This document shows, piece after piece, positions 49,301 to 62,900 of a stretch of DNA of 63,118 nucleotides. Every line of letters begins with the position of its first letter. The first letter of the stretch is position 1. The notes below the pieces were generated by a model. It saw nothing but the letters and a program-made list of their open reading frames with translations. It did no database searches and had not been told where the DNA came from. Origin of the DNA: Gonapodya sp. JEL0774 (taxonomy: Eukaryota); assembly GCA_027604505.1 (NCBI GenBank), contig JADIIX010000134.1, positions 1 to 63,118 on the forward strand, written 5' to 3'. A program made the position numbers and the translations under genes.

Positions 49301-49761
49301 ATCTCAATGACTTGACCTCTTTCAAGGTCAAAATTTACCAACGCGAAGCACACTATCCATCGATGTAGCGCTCTAGGATCAGGCGCTCCAGGAACAGAGG
49401 ACATAACACTGGAAGAGTGCTCCGTCTCGAACTTGCGAGATGCTTCCTCAATCGAGCTTTCGAGGGTAGTTCCGTCACTTTTAGTCCCATTCCCTGAGTC
49501 CAAGCCCGCATGCAAGGAGGATGCGAAGATCTCTCCGTTTTGTCCGTGCTGTAACTTGCCCTGAATTTGGCCAGGATCAGAATCGCGCGTTCTATCGAGT
49601 ATTCCATTCGGATGGGCGGACCGGGAGCGGAATCGGCCACGACTTGGCGGGGAAAGCTCGGGGTTCGATGTATTGCGAGTTGAGGTTACCAAGAGTCGAT
49701 TGCTTGCAGATGGTGGTGAATCCGGCGATGCTACTTCATCAATTTCCACTTTTGAATCCAT
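46372..49761 (-). CDS. DENND6: DENN-domain Rab GEF, DENND6/FAM116-like
   Basis: WIVCFALVNFDLERGQ, SFPDSNS..GD..FHFRIR, RRGYLQKSLVVVS, LWPLYELVFL, ILGVTNPVFEK, LRRHFVDLTERLMAPLEDYF and FYRLFLRTPTFAAWL. Confidence 0.85.
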
Positions 49762-50152
49762 TTTCGTTTCCGTAAACGCGGTGTCGCTTCCGGTTATGTT
49801 CGATGAATACCGACCATCAAACAAGTCGCTTGTGTTGTGGGCGGGATGGTGGACCCGTGACTGTTAGAATACTACTGAGAACACTGATGTCTACCAGAAC
49901 GCCAAAATCTTTAACTTCGTGCGATTTTATCAGTACAATGTAAACGTATGATTTCACTTCCTGCACTGTTTGTGGTAAGGTGTGATGTACAGTACATACA
50001 TACAAAATTAATTATGTAAAAATGTACTAAAATTTTGTTTGAATTTGAGTGGTTGTTTACTCCGGCAGAAAGCAAGCCGGACTGGTGTTCGGAATCGAAG
50101 TCAGTTCCACGATTCTCTTTGTTCCTATCCATCTCATCTTCGAAGTCACTCG

Positions 50153-53073
50153 ATGACCGTCGATATATACAAGGATGGGCGTCGCGCGGCATCGCTTCTT
50201 CTCAATCAATTGGTGAGAGCAGAAACATTGAAATGACGGTCTGAACCATCGATATACACCACACTCACCGGAGATCTCATTCGCAATCAGGGATATGCCA
50301 ATGATACCGACGCCCATCGATTTGCTGACGAGGTCAAACTTTCGGGGAATCGGCACGAAGCGTACATCCCCAGCTGTTTCAAACTTCAGGAGGAGGCAGT
50401 CGGTTCGTTTCGCCGAAATGTGCTTAAGCCCGTTCTGGAAATACGCGGTGCGCTAGCGCAATCAGTCGCTGGTTGTTGCGGTGGAGGTGTCTCTGCGGCG
50501 GTATCTGGATTAATGCGAATGATCGGAGAGATAGACTCCGAGTCAGCACGACCATCGTTCACCGGCCGGCATCGATCTTGCAGGTGTTGGTCTGCCAAAA
50601 ACCTTGTTCGGACAACTGCGGTGCTTGATTCTCTCCGCTTTGTCTACACATTAATTTTCCTGTATTCTCCGCACTAACAATGTCGCTGTCCCAGGAATCC
50701 AACTAGCGGTCGCCACCCTCCTCCAAAAGCTCACCGTTCTCAAGTATGGCCGAACACAGAAAATAGCCCTTGACACGGACCACGCCATTTTAACTATGAT
50801 GTCTGCGTACTTGGTGACTGTAAGAGGAGAGGAGTACATCAAAGTTAATGACGATTGGGAGGCCGGGCCAGAGGCACCAAAAGCGCAAAAATTCAGATTC
50901 CTGTGAGTGGTAGATATCTCTTTATTGCTCGGTTTCCGACTTTCGCGACTTCTTACGGGGCATCATGATCATTGTGTCATTGTACATATGTTGTCGAAAC
51001 ACTATTCACCTTGCTCTCGTTTAAGTTACTCCAATCTTTACCCCACCGCCGACAATCGCTGGATTTATCTTCATGCCAAATTTGACAACACCTACAAGTT
51101 ACTCTCCAATCTCGGTTTCTCCAAACACGAATCCGAGCTTTTGCACCGACTTACCAAGGAGGATCCTGCCAAGTTTATAGAAATAATGCAGGCCAAGACC
51201 AAGCAGCAGAATGCGGCGGAGATTGAGGAGAGAATGAATAAGAACCATCATGTTGCTGTGGCAAGCATGGACAGAGCGAAGTTTGACGAGAGTGAGCACG
51301 TAAGTACTTGTTCGTCAGGAGCATATATCAGGCTCTCCCTATTTCCCTTTCTTATGAGACTCAGAACTTTGTTATCTCGACTTCATTAAGGGGAAGATTA
51401 TTAGCACCTACCCCTTCATTGAAGTTGACCCCATTCCCCACCCAACCCGCCCATCGGAACCCTTCGCCTGGAAGCCCACTCCACTTCCACCCGCTTCTAA
51501 AGGTACAAATCCCGATCAAATACTGGATGGTATTAAAATCGTAGAGATTGCGAGAATCTTGGCGGGGCCAAAAGCTGGTACTTTCTTGGCGAGTATGGGC
51601 GCACGGGTGGTGAAAGTGCAAAGCCCCAATCTGGAGGATATGCCGCCTTTGGGTTATGATACTCAAGTCGGGAAAAGGTCCATCTTTTTGGTAAGGGTGG
51701 ATCTGGCACTTCCGCCTTTGTATTCATGTACCGAAGCTGTGATCCCTGCAGGATTTGAAAGACACCAAAGATCGAGAAACACTGAAGCAAATGATTCTCG
51801 AAGCTGATGTCGTGACACAAAAGTACGTATGGTTGTCTGGTGCGGTAGCACGCTAGAATTGCAAGAATGAAGTAACTCTCACTCCGTTACCAGCTACGCT
51901 CATGGCGCCCTCGACCGTTTAGGATTTGGGCCCCGGCATTGTGCTGAAATCGTGAAAAATCGTGACAAGGGTATCATATACCTACAGTCAAACTGCTTTG
52001 GATACCACGGACCTCTCGCGGCTAACCCTGGGTTCGACCCGCTTGCACAAATGGTCACAGGGATACATTCGGCGATGGTATGCAATTTTGTATGTTTGGC
52101 TCTGAGAAGACAAGTCTCTTAGAAGCCGGTCGCTTTTCATGCAATGTCATGCAGGAAAAGTTTGTCAAGTACGACCCTAAACCTCCCGGTGGGGACACAA
52201 TGCCCACTGGTAAGTAAGTCAATCCAGCTCACGATGATGTAACCTCATGTTCTCTGCCTCTCTTCAAGCCGTCGCATTCCCAGTGTGTGACATGACCACG
52301 GCTCAGTTTGGAGCCTTGGGTGTCTTAGTTGCATTGCATAGAAGGGCGCAATATGGTGGAAGCCACTTAGTTCAGTGCTCCGTGAGTTGATTTGAAGCGT
52401 GTACATCAGTCGCCTGGATGAAACACTAGATGGATAAAATCTCCGCAGCTCACGCAAACAGCGCTCTACATTCAAGCTGTGGGAAAATACACAGATGAAA
52501 TCACTCATAAGGCGTTCTCGATGTATCCACCAAGACAACCCTATTATTTGAATCACCCGGTGCGGTGACTAGCTTCCTCAGTTGCTTGACTATTTTCTGA
52601 CGTCTGGATTATTTCTTGTTAGACATGGTCGACTCAACTGTGTTCGCGAGACATGCCAAAGGCAAGACCACAAGCCTTCAGGGATGAATTTGTGAGTACC
52701 CACTTGCCTTTTATTGAAGACTTGTGCTGAAACGTCATGACTTCAGTTCTTTTTGGACCGAAACTCGCCATACGGAGCCGTCAAGATTCTGAAGCAGCCG
52801 TTAAATCTTGAGCTGACACCCCTTCGGTATCGGTGGTCCACTCGACCTTTTGGTAAGCTCGGTTTTTAAGTGACGATGTCTAGCATAAGTACGCAGATTG
52901 TTTTTTCCATTCTTCATGTCCAGGCTACGACAAAGATGTCAAGGGCTTTATCGAGCCTCCTGCCGATACAGCGGAATCAAAGAATTCTCAGGCGCCCACC
53001 GGTTCTACCCCTGCTCGTCTTTGACGAACTGTTACGTGCGAAAAAAGGCTATATCGACCTTCCATTTGTGTAA
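50153..53073 (+). CDS. CoA-transferase family III (CaiB/BaiF) protein
   Basis: YIPSCFK, QKIALDTDHA, NLYPTADNRWIYLH, LDGIKIVEIARILAGPKAGTFLASMGARV, GKRSIFLDLK and NCFGYHGP...PGFDPLAQMVTG over more than 12 exons. TAA at 53071-53073. Confidence 0.85.
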
Positions 53074-53163
53074 CAAATAATTTGACGAGATTAGGATCAA
53101 ATAAAATGTCCTGCATATAAACATAGGATAATGAGTTGAAAGATATCCCCGAGGAAGATGGAA

Positions 53164-53269
53164 ATGTTCTGTTCCTCAACATCAGCGCCTGGTGTCGTGA
53201 TCACCCTTCTCTGCGGAATGCTCTGTTCCTCAACATCAGCGCCTGGTGTGGTGATCATCCTTCTCTGCG
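53164..53269. repeat. 54-bp tandem duplication (2 copies)
   Basis: CTGTTCCTCAACATCAGCGCCTGGTGT at 53169 and 53223. Confidence 0.9.
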
Positions 53270-55963
53270 ACTGCTCTTGCAAGTGCTTCTCTTGTGGTTC
53301 TACCCCATTCGAGAAACTCGTCCCCCCATTTCTTCCACTGTAACACCAGCTTCGTTGAATGCTTGACCATGTATTCCGCCTCCCAAAGCTGTCGCCGGAC
53401 CTCATCACGGTCCCTTTTTATCTCATCTCGATCACTAGTTAACTCTTGGATCTCCTCCCAGGCTGCACGGAGCATGCACTCAAATTGTGCAATTTGGGCA
53501 CGCACCGATTCTGCTTCGACTTTATCTTTACGCGCTTTCTCAAGTTCGTCCTCCATATCTTTCAATTCGACCTGTAGTCGGTTCCTCTCCGTCATGCAAA
53601 CTGCGAATTCCCGGGCCCTTTCCTGGACAGCTTGAAGTGCCACATATGATGTAGCGCCGAACTGCTCTGCCGCACGTTTGCCGTTCTGCAACTGGTCCAT
53701 ATTCTTCTGCATTGTTGCAACTTGCTCCTCCGCAGTAGTGACCTTCTGACGGGCCGACTTTAGTTTCCTCTTTGTAGTCCGGAGCTGCTTCATCAAAGCA
53801 TTATTCTCCGCCTTTAAGACTGCGAGCTCACTGCTTGGCAAACTTTTGTCACTGTTCGTTTCCTGTGTCAGCTCCCGCGCCACCTGTTTGCTTTTTGTTT
53901 CCATGAGTGCACTTCGAAGTCGGTCCCTCTGTTCCAATGTGTCCTTCAACATCGCCTCAGATAGCTCCCTTTTTGCACACTCGGTAGTGAATGCCTGATT
54001 TTGCTCTGAGGCGCGCTTCGCTGTTTCCATGCTGAAAGTCTCCATCCTATTGTTCAAGGTCTGAATCTCCTGGCGCAGAGTGGCAATTTGCCGAGTGGCT
54101 TGCTTCAGCCTTCCTTCAACAACATTCCGAGTTTGGCGCTCTTTCTCAAGGCGATCGGCTGTGCGTTGCGTGGAGGAGATGGCAAGAGCTAGTCTTTTCG
54201 ATATGCTGTGTATCTCGCATTGGATGCCAATGATACGTTCCTCAGCTTCCATCTTGCTCGGGTGGCGCTCGTCCTGCGTATTGCTGTCGTTCAAATTGCC
54301 ACTGCGTTTCTCACGCAGGGTACATGATTCAGGTGCGTGAACAGGTGTTGGCCTCTGCCGATCACTTTCCAGCATGTAAAATCCGAATTCTCTACCAATG
54401 TTCTGTTCATTGTTTTCATTATCCCGTTCCAATTGAGACGAGAGACTGCTTCCGCTATCCATCATGCGCCCATCTGCGGCGCTCATATTCCCCAAACTTT
54501 GTGGCTCCACTATTGTTGTCTCTGACTCTGCCTCCAACTCAGCTTCCTCCCAGGCTTTCTCGACAATCGCCTCCGCTTTCCGCATTAGTGACTCGATCCT
54601 GTAAGAGCCTCCCACTCTGCGATTACTTGACTTAATAATCGATCTAGAGAGTGTCGCACGAGCCAATGCAGATCGGGGTGGGTGCGGCGGTGTATGCATA
54701 AGGGGCGGTGGTTTGCATCGTCGACTGGACATATTGGGTGCGTCTGAGGCAGTGTGCGTACTCGACGAGTTCGTTGGATCTGGAAACAGCCAGGCGGCAG
54801 TCTCCCTGCCTGCGTGTTGCCAGTCTAGTGGCACCCCTGACGAACCCACGGCATTGTCGCCAGAGGCCCCAAAGCATGTCGGCAAGAGAAGAGCGCCCGA
54901 CCCTGGAATGCGAACTTCGCTTCGCAGCTTCTGCTTCTTCTTGATAACGTTTGTGGTGGATGTTGGTCGAGCAATTCGGCGCTGAGATGGAGTAGCTTTC
55001 CGCTTTCGAGTCGCAAACGAGTGGCCTTCTGAACCGATGCCATGGCAGTCAGAAGACTCCTCTGGCCACTCGAAACCTGCATGGTGGGACAGTAGTAAGA
55101 TTTCGATGTCAGTTCCATCTCAAAACGGGAAACAGGCAAACGGGAAACGGACGAACATCTTCAATGACTCGTTTGACAATGAGAGAATCATTGACGATAA
55201 TTTGAACAATAACGCGCATTAGCCGTAGCCGTAACAAATCCTCACTCAATGTGATATTTACCCCAACACCTGCAGAGGCAGAAGTGAATGTCAATGGTCA
55301 CTTACCTTGCGGATCTCCATAATACTCTGCAGCTCTCTGCATTAGCAATTTCAGTAGACTACTTATTTCCAGTCCTAACTCCCGGTCTCCATTGGGTGTC
55401 GTTGAGTCCCATGGTTGGAAGGGAATAGGTTTGGTTGTGGTGTAAATCCGCACCCTTTTGAAAAATCGAAATATATCAGACACCCTGGGTTCGCTTTCTC
55501 CTGCATGAGAACCCGCCGCAGCAAACGATTGCGGGGCATTGCTGTTGTTGAATTCTGTTCACAGGCATTCTGGGACTCACAATTTACCATCGTAAAACCT
55601 CTTTGCAATAATGCAACCGCTACACTCCTCCCACCTTTGATGTTCATCACATTTCCATGGTAACAGGGAGTCCTCTGCCACCGGTTCATCGCCGTACAAA
55701 TCGAAGACTCGAACCGGGAACCATGCACGGAGGTTGGAATCCAATCCCCACACTACATCGCCATTGCGGAATGCAGGTGGGTTTGGGTATCTTTTGGAGA
55801 TGTTTTGTGACTTCCACTCCATTCCTTTCAAGATCGAGCTCGCTCGTCCCAAAGCGCTACCATTATCGGAATGCCCAGGTTCCACCTTTACGGGCACGGA
55901 AAGATCCATCGAAAGGGATCGCTGCAACTCGCCACAGTGTCGTTTACGGATGGTTGCAGCCAT
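53236..55963 (-). CDS. N-terminal PWWP/Tudor-like domain plus long coiled-coil protein
   Basis: FRNGDVVWG..RAWFPVRV..AKRFYDG resembles PWWP. The 549-aa terminal ORF is heptad-rich in E/K/R/Q/L. Exons linked by GTGAGT/GTAAGT donors. Confidence 0.55.
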
Positions 55964-56585
55964 AATAGTTCATGTAGGAGTGCAGACTTGCCTCGACCAA
56001 CGCAACCAAAAGAGGGCCACATTGTCTGGGTAAAAATATCTCTAGAGCTTTCCTGCAAATGATGCTATGTGATGTAGAAATTCATGAACGTAGGAGGTTT
56101 TATTTTGATCCGCCAGTCTTACCTCTTCGTAGCGGGTCTATTAATATTATGTATTATACTTGCCGTCTTTCTTACCACCGTTTCCCTTACTCGGAAACTG
56201 TCATTCCACAACGGCGTCGACGGTCTGGATTAGAAGTTGGATGTTGGTTGGAACTTTGGAATGCAAGGTGGCTATTCACTACCTTCCCTCGGATCATATT
56301 CCTTCAAAGTCTCTAAGTGACGTTTATGTATAGGAGAAACGTCACAACGTCGTGCTGACTAAATGAATGGACGTGCTCGCAAGGAACAACTCGCACTATC
56401 GACAATTCTCTCTCCTCACTCCGGGCAAGCATGACGAAAGAGGCACAGGAAGCTATTCTTATTGGAATGTCTGAGTGATTCGCCTTGAACATTATTTTGT
56501 CCAGTCCCTCAAAGTCCTTCTCAGATCCCACGTCCGCGGTGGGTTTTCATTGATCAAACGTTTCCGCGGCACCCGATCCTCCGCT

Positions 56586-56954
56586 TTATCGTATTCGCGC
56601 ACCGAGGAGCTTCTTCCCGGGATACCATCCGTCCACTTGTTGAATGGATGTCCCCAATGTGCCCCCAACACTTTCAACGCTAGGATTGCTGAGCATTTCC
56701 AGTCGTTTCCTCCCATTTCTCATTAACACCTCGATTGCAACAACATCTCTTACGGGAGTTGTCGACGCCGGTGGTGTTCGGAACAAGCCATGGACGTGAG
56801 AAAGGAATTGAGGGCGAGAATTTTCTGGTTTGGATCGCACCATCTTGAGAAAAGAGCGATACAGCGAAATAACTTCTCGCTGAAGACCCGTATGAGGGCG
56901 CGCTCCACGAGGTGCACGGGAAACGCGGGCAGCAGCGCGAGGTGCGGCAGACAT
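56586..56954 (-). CDS. SDHAF1: LYR-motif succinate dehydrogenase assembly factor 1 (Sdh6)
   Basis: Arg/Ala-rich mitochondrial presequence. HTGLQREVISLYRSFLK..KP..F..FR....RDVVAIEVLMRNGRKRLEM..P.V. Confidence 0.85.
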   Translation of the reverse strand: MSAAPRAAARVSRAPRGARPHTGLQREVISLYRSFLKMVRSKPENSRPQFLSHVHGLFRTPPASTTPVRDVVAIEVLMRNGRKRLEMLSNPSVESVGGTLGTSIQQVDGWYPGKKLLGARIR

Positions 56955-57207
56955 TGTTGAATAAGTGAGATGAAATCGGACTTCGGTCCTCCTGGCTTTT
57001 CGGATGACAACGCCGAACCCCACGCAAAATATTGCCTATATTGATCGCAAGTGAAGAACATGCAATTTGCACTCGAATGTAAAGTATGATGTCGAAACCA
57101 ATACATTTCACAGGAAGTGGTCGACCAAAGTCTCGCGAAGAACGTGAAGAACGGGCGACTTTCACCCCAATCAAAGGCCAAAGGAATGAATCCATAGTTG
57201 GTGCACG

Positions 57208-59488
57208 TCATGTGTTCGACACCCAGGGGGGCGAGGGTCGTCTGGGAGGAGGGCCGGGGGCATAATTTTGCATCGGAGGAGGAGAGTAATGGCTGAAGGA
57301 TGACAAGTTTCCCGACATACTAGAATCGCACGGAGGTGCAAAATTTGGTGACTGGGTAAACGAGAATGGTGATGGAGCTGTTGAGTATTGAGATGATGGA
57401 ATCTGTCCAGTCGGTACCCATGTGTGGTCTGCTAAGCCGTAATGGGCTGCCAATTCAGCCCCTCCTGCATCGCTTCCATGTGAGTGTGGCTGCTCCGGTC
57501 TCATACCAGAGTAATATCGAGTTTGGCCTTGTAAAGGATTCCCAACTGGCATTGTCCAGCTCCATGCGGAGCGATACGATGTATCGAGGATCCCCAAACA
57601 CCTCGCCTCATAAGGACTTTCAGTCTGAAAACTCGAGTGAGGGACACTGGATTGCGCCCAACTTGGAGTGGCAGTCAGCCCGAGGATAGCGGAAGCCCGA
57701 GAGCTCAAGGTCGTTATGGTAGAACTTGAAACAGAGGCCGAAGGATCTCGGGGCTGAGCTACCTGAGGCGATAGTTCCCTGATCCTGGACGTTCCCTCAA
57801 TCGTTGAATAGGCTGGCTTCGAGGGTGATCTTGAAGGAGTCGTTTGTGGTAATACCAAGTCACTCTCATTAACGGACTGAGGTAGAGAAATCGTTGGAGA
57901 CGACTGAACTTGCGTTTGAGATACTGGAGTAGGCACATTTCTCGAAATTTCTCCTGTACATTCCACAATGCGCACTCCAGGTTGTCGCGACGTTTTGGTG
58001 TGTTTCGTTGGCACTTCGCTACCTTCAATGTCCTCTTCGCCTCGCGTCCTCTTGTTCGAGGAACTTCGTATCAACGACTTGGGCATGGTAGTTGTGGGTT
58101 GAGCTTTCGTGGGCAGAGAATGTTGCGATGCCTGTGGCAATTTCTTCCTCACGTTTCGAGTGCGGGGTGGTGTATCGGTAGAGTTGTGTATCGAATTATG
58201 AAAGGTGAATTGACTGAACATTTCGGAGTTGCCCCTTGTACTTAGTTGGACGCCACGAACCGATGATAGTGCGATCGCGCTCGACGTCGATTCATGGACC
58301 TCCACGGGTTCAATGTCGCGACATTCTGCGGAGCGTCTCTTCAACTCATCCTTCAGATCTTTTATCGTTTTCTTATCACGGCGGCCTGATTCTTCGAGCG
58401 AAGAGCACTTAGATTGAACAGACATCAGCTTGGAAGTAAGGTCGTTGATTCTGTCCCTCAGGTCCTGTGTCGAAGGTAAGGGAGGGAGATAACGGGCACT
58501 CGATTCCTAAGCGAAGGGAAGATGCATCTGTTATTAACGTTTTGACTGGGTGAAAAGTTCTGACCCACGCCTCCTCACTTCTTCTCGTTCGTTACCGCTA
58601 GAAACGAGCTCCAAGTACGGCATATCTACTGCATCAGAGTTTGGAGCACCCCCAGCTTCTAGATACGCCACTCCCCGTTCCAACTGCATGTCTCTCGACC
58701 GGACCTCCGAATGTTCCAACAGTGCTCCGTGTCGAGATCTAACTAGTACGTCGGACTCTTCGGGTATCCGAGAGCTTCCCTGTACCCTCAAATAACGAAT
58801 CTGTAGTTGTAGCTTTGCAATTGTTTCCTGCTGATCCAGTATCATTCTCCGAGCAACTTCACTTGTGTCGGGTGGCAAGTCTTCCCCACCTGCGGCCATT
58901 GAAAGGACGGTCAACGAGGACGTCATCCGGTTGTACAACTCCGTTGACGACAGAGTGGCTTCAAGCGTTTGTATTCTCTTCCTCGCATCTTGCAATTGAG
59001 TTCGAAGGGACTTCTCTGTGGGGTCACAGCGAAGGTGTTCCAGCTCTGCGCGGAGATCCGCACAAGTCATCTCTGCTTTTAGTGCTTTCTCATTGGCGGC
59101 GTCCGAAAGATCGTGCAGGTACTTCAGGCTTGTCAAAATCTTTTCGGCACTATCATTTGACGGAGGAGAGTCCCAACTTTCTCGAAGCCGATGATAGGTT
59201 ATCAGCTTGTTTTTCGCACCAGCGTCACATTGGAGCGCGAACTTCTCAAGCAACTCACAGAAATGTAACCAATTTATCCAGAACAATCGCGTAAGACTCA
59301 ACGTTCTGCTGACTCGCACTCCGCGGCGCGATCTCTTCGTCTCTTAGCTTGAGGTCGCGGTCTGTACGGTTACAGGCATCCAAATGTGCGTCTCTTTGCC
59401 GACTGCCTTGCCGATATGACCAGAGTTTATCAAGGAAAGTTCTACAGTCATTCTCCGATGGCTGAAACGAATCTTCCGAATGCACCAT
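57208..59488 (-). CDS. Hypothetical coiled-coil protein with Ser/Pro-rich C-terminus
   Basis: Three consecutive minus-strand ORFs (59255-59488, 58534-59319, 57208-58425) with coiled-coil heptads and candidate introns. Confidence 0.55.
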
Positions 59489-59915
59489 TCGTGTCTGTCA
59501 CAGACAACCTGAAGAAATCCTTGATTTATTCTGCAGCAGAATCGACCTCCAATTCACATACCGAGGAAAAAATTTTGGGTGCTTCCGAAGCTAAATACCG
59601 ACCGCCGGGTTTTCCTGTTGCTTCTCGTTGCGCGATGATTGATGGCTGAAATCCTGAAAGGTGTGGTGGACGGAGCCTCCTCATTGGTATGGTGGTTTCC
59701 GAGGAGCTCCGAATAAATATATTTTCTCTCGATACAAAATATGAGAATAGAATATTGGTGATGGCGGATTATTTTATGTTGTCTGTTGTCTGGCCGACCA
59801 TGTTGTTTGGCTCCCCTTTTAGCTTGTCTCCCGTCTCAGGTAGATTCCCCGCGAAGACCGGCTTATCATGCAAACAGACAAAGTGGCAAGCTCCAGTCTT
59901 CTCGGACGACCTGAA

Positions 59916-62900
59916 ATGACTGAGAACAGGCCTCCAGCAGTTGTTGTTTCGACACCCTCTGTAACCGAACACCGCGTCACCACCATGGCATCTCCCCTCG
60001 CGTCCCCCATTCTCACCAGTACCTTCAGTCCTACACCCACTTCAGGAGGACCGTATCAAGAAGATCCATTTCTGTCAGGTAGAAGTCGCGGCACGACTGA
60101 CATGACGTTGGGAACTGCTGACGTTCCTGGGGGGTATCACGTCACTTACTCGAACAAGAATGGAGCAGAGATCCCAAATATTCCAGTTACGTCAAGTCGT
60201 TCAAGGTATACGGGTATGAGACGAATGAGTACGATGGAAGCTGTTCTAAATCAAAGATTGGAGGGAACCTCGGGGGCCACGTCATCCATTTCTCCAACTT
60301 CTTCGCACGACAACGAGACACATGTTGTTGATATCGGACAAGCACCATTATCAAAGCGACGACAATCCATGAAATCTGGAGCATCCGAAACTGGAGGCTC
60401 CGGTGTTTTCTCCACGTCATCGTTTCCTGCCGGTCCAGGGATGCCCCGCACGGGTACGCTGGGGATGGGACTCCAAAGTGTGGACAGAGATGAAGATGAA
60501 GATAGTGATGCGGAGATCGAAGCGGAGGACGAGGAGCTCGAAAAGGAGTTCCAGCGCGAAGAAGCCCTAGAGGCTCAGATGAAAGGCGCAGGTGGGGACG
60601 AGATGGAGAACAGCGAGGCAGGGGTGTACAAGGTTAGAAGTTTCTGCATTCTTGTGCCGCTACCGTGTGATCGTTCTCCTGGGTGACATAGTAAACTCTT
60701 ACAGATACCAGAAAACCTTGTTCACACTGATCCTCACAATGGCCTGAGCGAGGATGAAGTACAAGATCGTCTGAAGAAGTGGGGACGGAACGAGCTGCCA
60801 GAAGAGAAGGTCGGTGAAACCACATCTCGCCAATGTTGGTGCTATAAGGTTGTGCACCAAATTCACGAGATCTGTCCACAAGACCAATCATTTCTTCAAG
60901 TTTCTTGGGTACTTTACGGGGCCTATTGAGATCCTCATCATTATTGCCGGTGCGTTGTGGTTTATTGTCACAACTTTAGTTCACTGTCATCAACAGAATT
61001 CGGTGATCCCGAATAGGGTGTATTGCGGCTGGCCTACAGCGTTGGATCGACCTCGGAGTAATTACAGCGTTGCTTTTGTTGAATGCATCTGTCGGCTTCA
61101 TCCAAGAATATCAAGCAGGGAATGTCGGTGGGTCCAAGAAAAACGGACATTGAGGAACCAAATTTATTGAAAATCAACGGTGCAATTCCGTACAGTCGAT
61201 TCTCTTAAATCTGCGCTTGCATTGAAGGCAACGGTGGTTCGAGGAGGAGTGCGAAAGGAAGTCGAGGCGAAAAACTTGGTGCCGGGTTCGTTTTCTTGCT
61301 CACCCCGCATGCCACCACTTCCAATACTTCCTCTTATAACATAGGTGATGTCATTGCGGTCACCGAGGGAAATGTTTGTCCTGCAGACGCGAGGCTTCTC
61401 GGTGAAGACTCATTCCTACAGTTGGATCAGTCTGCCATAACTGGTGAGGGGTGAGCGCGATCGGTGACCAACCATGGATGCAGCGCAATCACGAAATCCC
61501 GAAATTTTTTCAGGAGAGTCATTGGCGGTCACTAAGCGGTTTAATGATCTTCTCTATTCGAGTAAGTTAGAATTGCGTCGCTTTGGAATCCTATTCAAAT
61601 CAGCATTCACGTGTGGTGCTCCAGGTTCCGCCGTTAAGCGCGGGTCCGGATTAGCAGTTATTATCGCGACGGGCCCAAACACTTTCGTCGGTCAAGCAGC
61701 CGTTTTAGTCTCGCGCGGTAAGATCAGAAAGTTCAACTGCTTCTGCGAACGACACAGCGGAATTGGACGTTCAATCTGTAACAGCGCAGGGAGTTGGTCA
61801 TTTTCGCAAAGTTCTAAATCAAATCGCGTACACTTTGATGTTTTTTGACTTGCTTGCAGTCATTGCGGTATGCCTCGTTCTATTTTCGTCTAATATTGAG
61901 GCCCGACGTGTTTCCCTTCAGGTATCAATTGCAACGTTGTATCGTGGAGAATCTATCCTTGATTTACTGTTGTTTATTATGATTCTGACAGTTGTTGCTG
62001 TTCCGAGTGGGTACTTTGCGTTTGCTTATTTACTGCGCGTGCGAATCACAGTTGTTGGACCTTTTGCATTCTCTCAGTTGCTCGTAAGCTCGACAGCATA
62101 AGTGAATTTATAATCAGTGTCTGAGTAGCTTCATCCTCTAGTTCCTGCTGTTGTAACAACCACGATGGCTGTCGGGGCTGCGATGCTCGCAGAGAAACAG
62201 GCAATCGTTTCGAGGCTGACATCGATTGAGGCGTTGGCTGGTGTGGATATACTCTGTTCGGACAAAACGGGAACACTAACGAAAAACAAGTTAACCGTGG
62301 GTACTCCTTGAAGCTGTCATCTTGCGAATCGGTGGTTGTTGAGAGAAATGCTGGACAGGTGCACGATCCCTTTGCACTTCCCGGACATCTCTCAGAGGAG
62401 CTCTTCCTCGCCGCTGCACTTGCAAGTCATCGTTCTGGTCGTGGAATCGACCCCATTGACAAGGCTATCATGAAGTCACTGCGCAAGTACACGGAAGCCA
62501 AAAGGGCGCTACGTGGTTTTGAGGTCATAAAAGTTTAACAATTCAGGGCCATTGTCATGTTTTCAATCTTTAATTGAACATTTTATTGCAGACCTTTGAC
62601 TTTCAGCCCTTTGATCCGGTGACAAAACGTATCGTAGCGACGTGCGAACGCAAAGGAGTGACTTTCAAGGCTACCAAAGGAGGTAAGCCCTGTCACGCCG
62701 AATTCTTAAGCAACTACATATGTTCTCTGTTTTCTTTTAGCTACAAGTGCCGTAGTAAAGCTGGCCAGTGAGGATGGTCCCATTTCGGATTCAATACTGA
62801 AGTCCTACAATCAAGCAGTCAAGGACTTTGCGGACAACGGGTGTGTATGGCGCCAAAAACGATTGATTTTGATTGTTTGTTCTCATTTCGAGAGCGATCA

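Noticed and set aside
53164..53269. Direct repeat considered as a CRISPR or transposon end
   Set aside because: Only two adjacent copies, no spacers, no cas or transposase genes, and a eukaryotic context.
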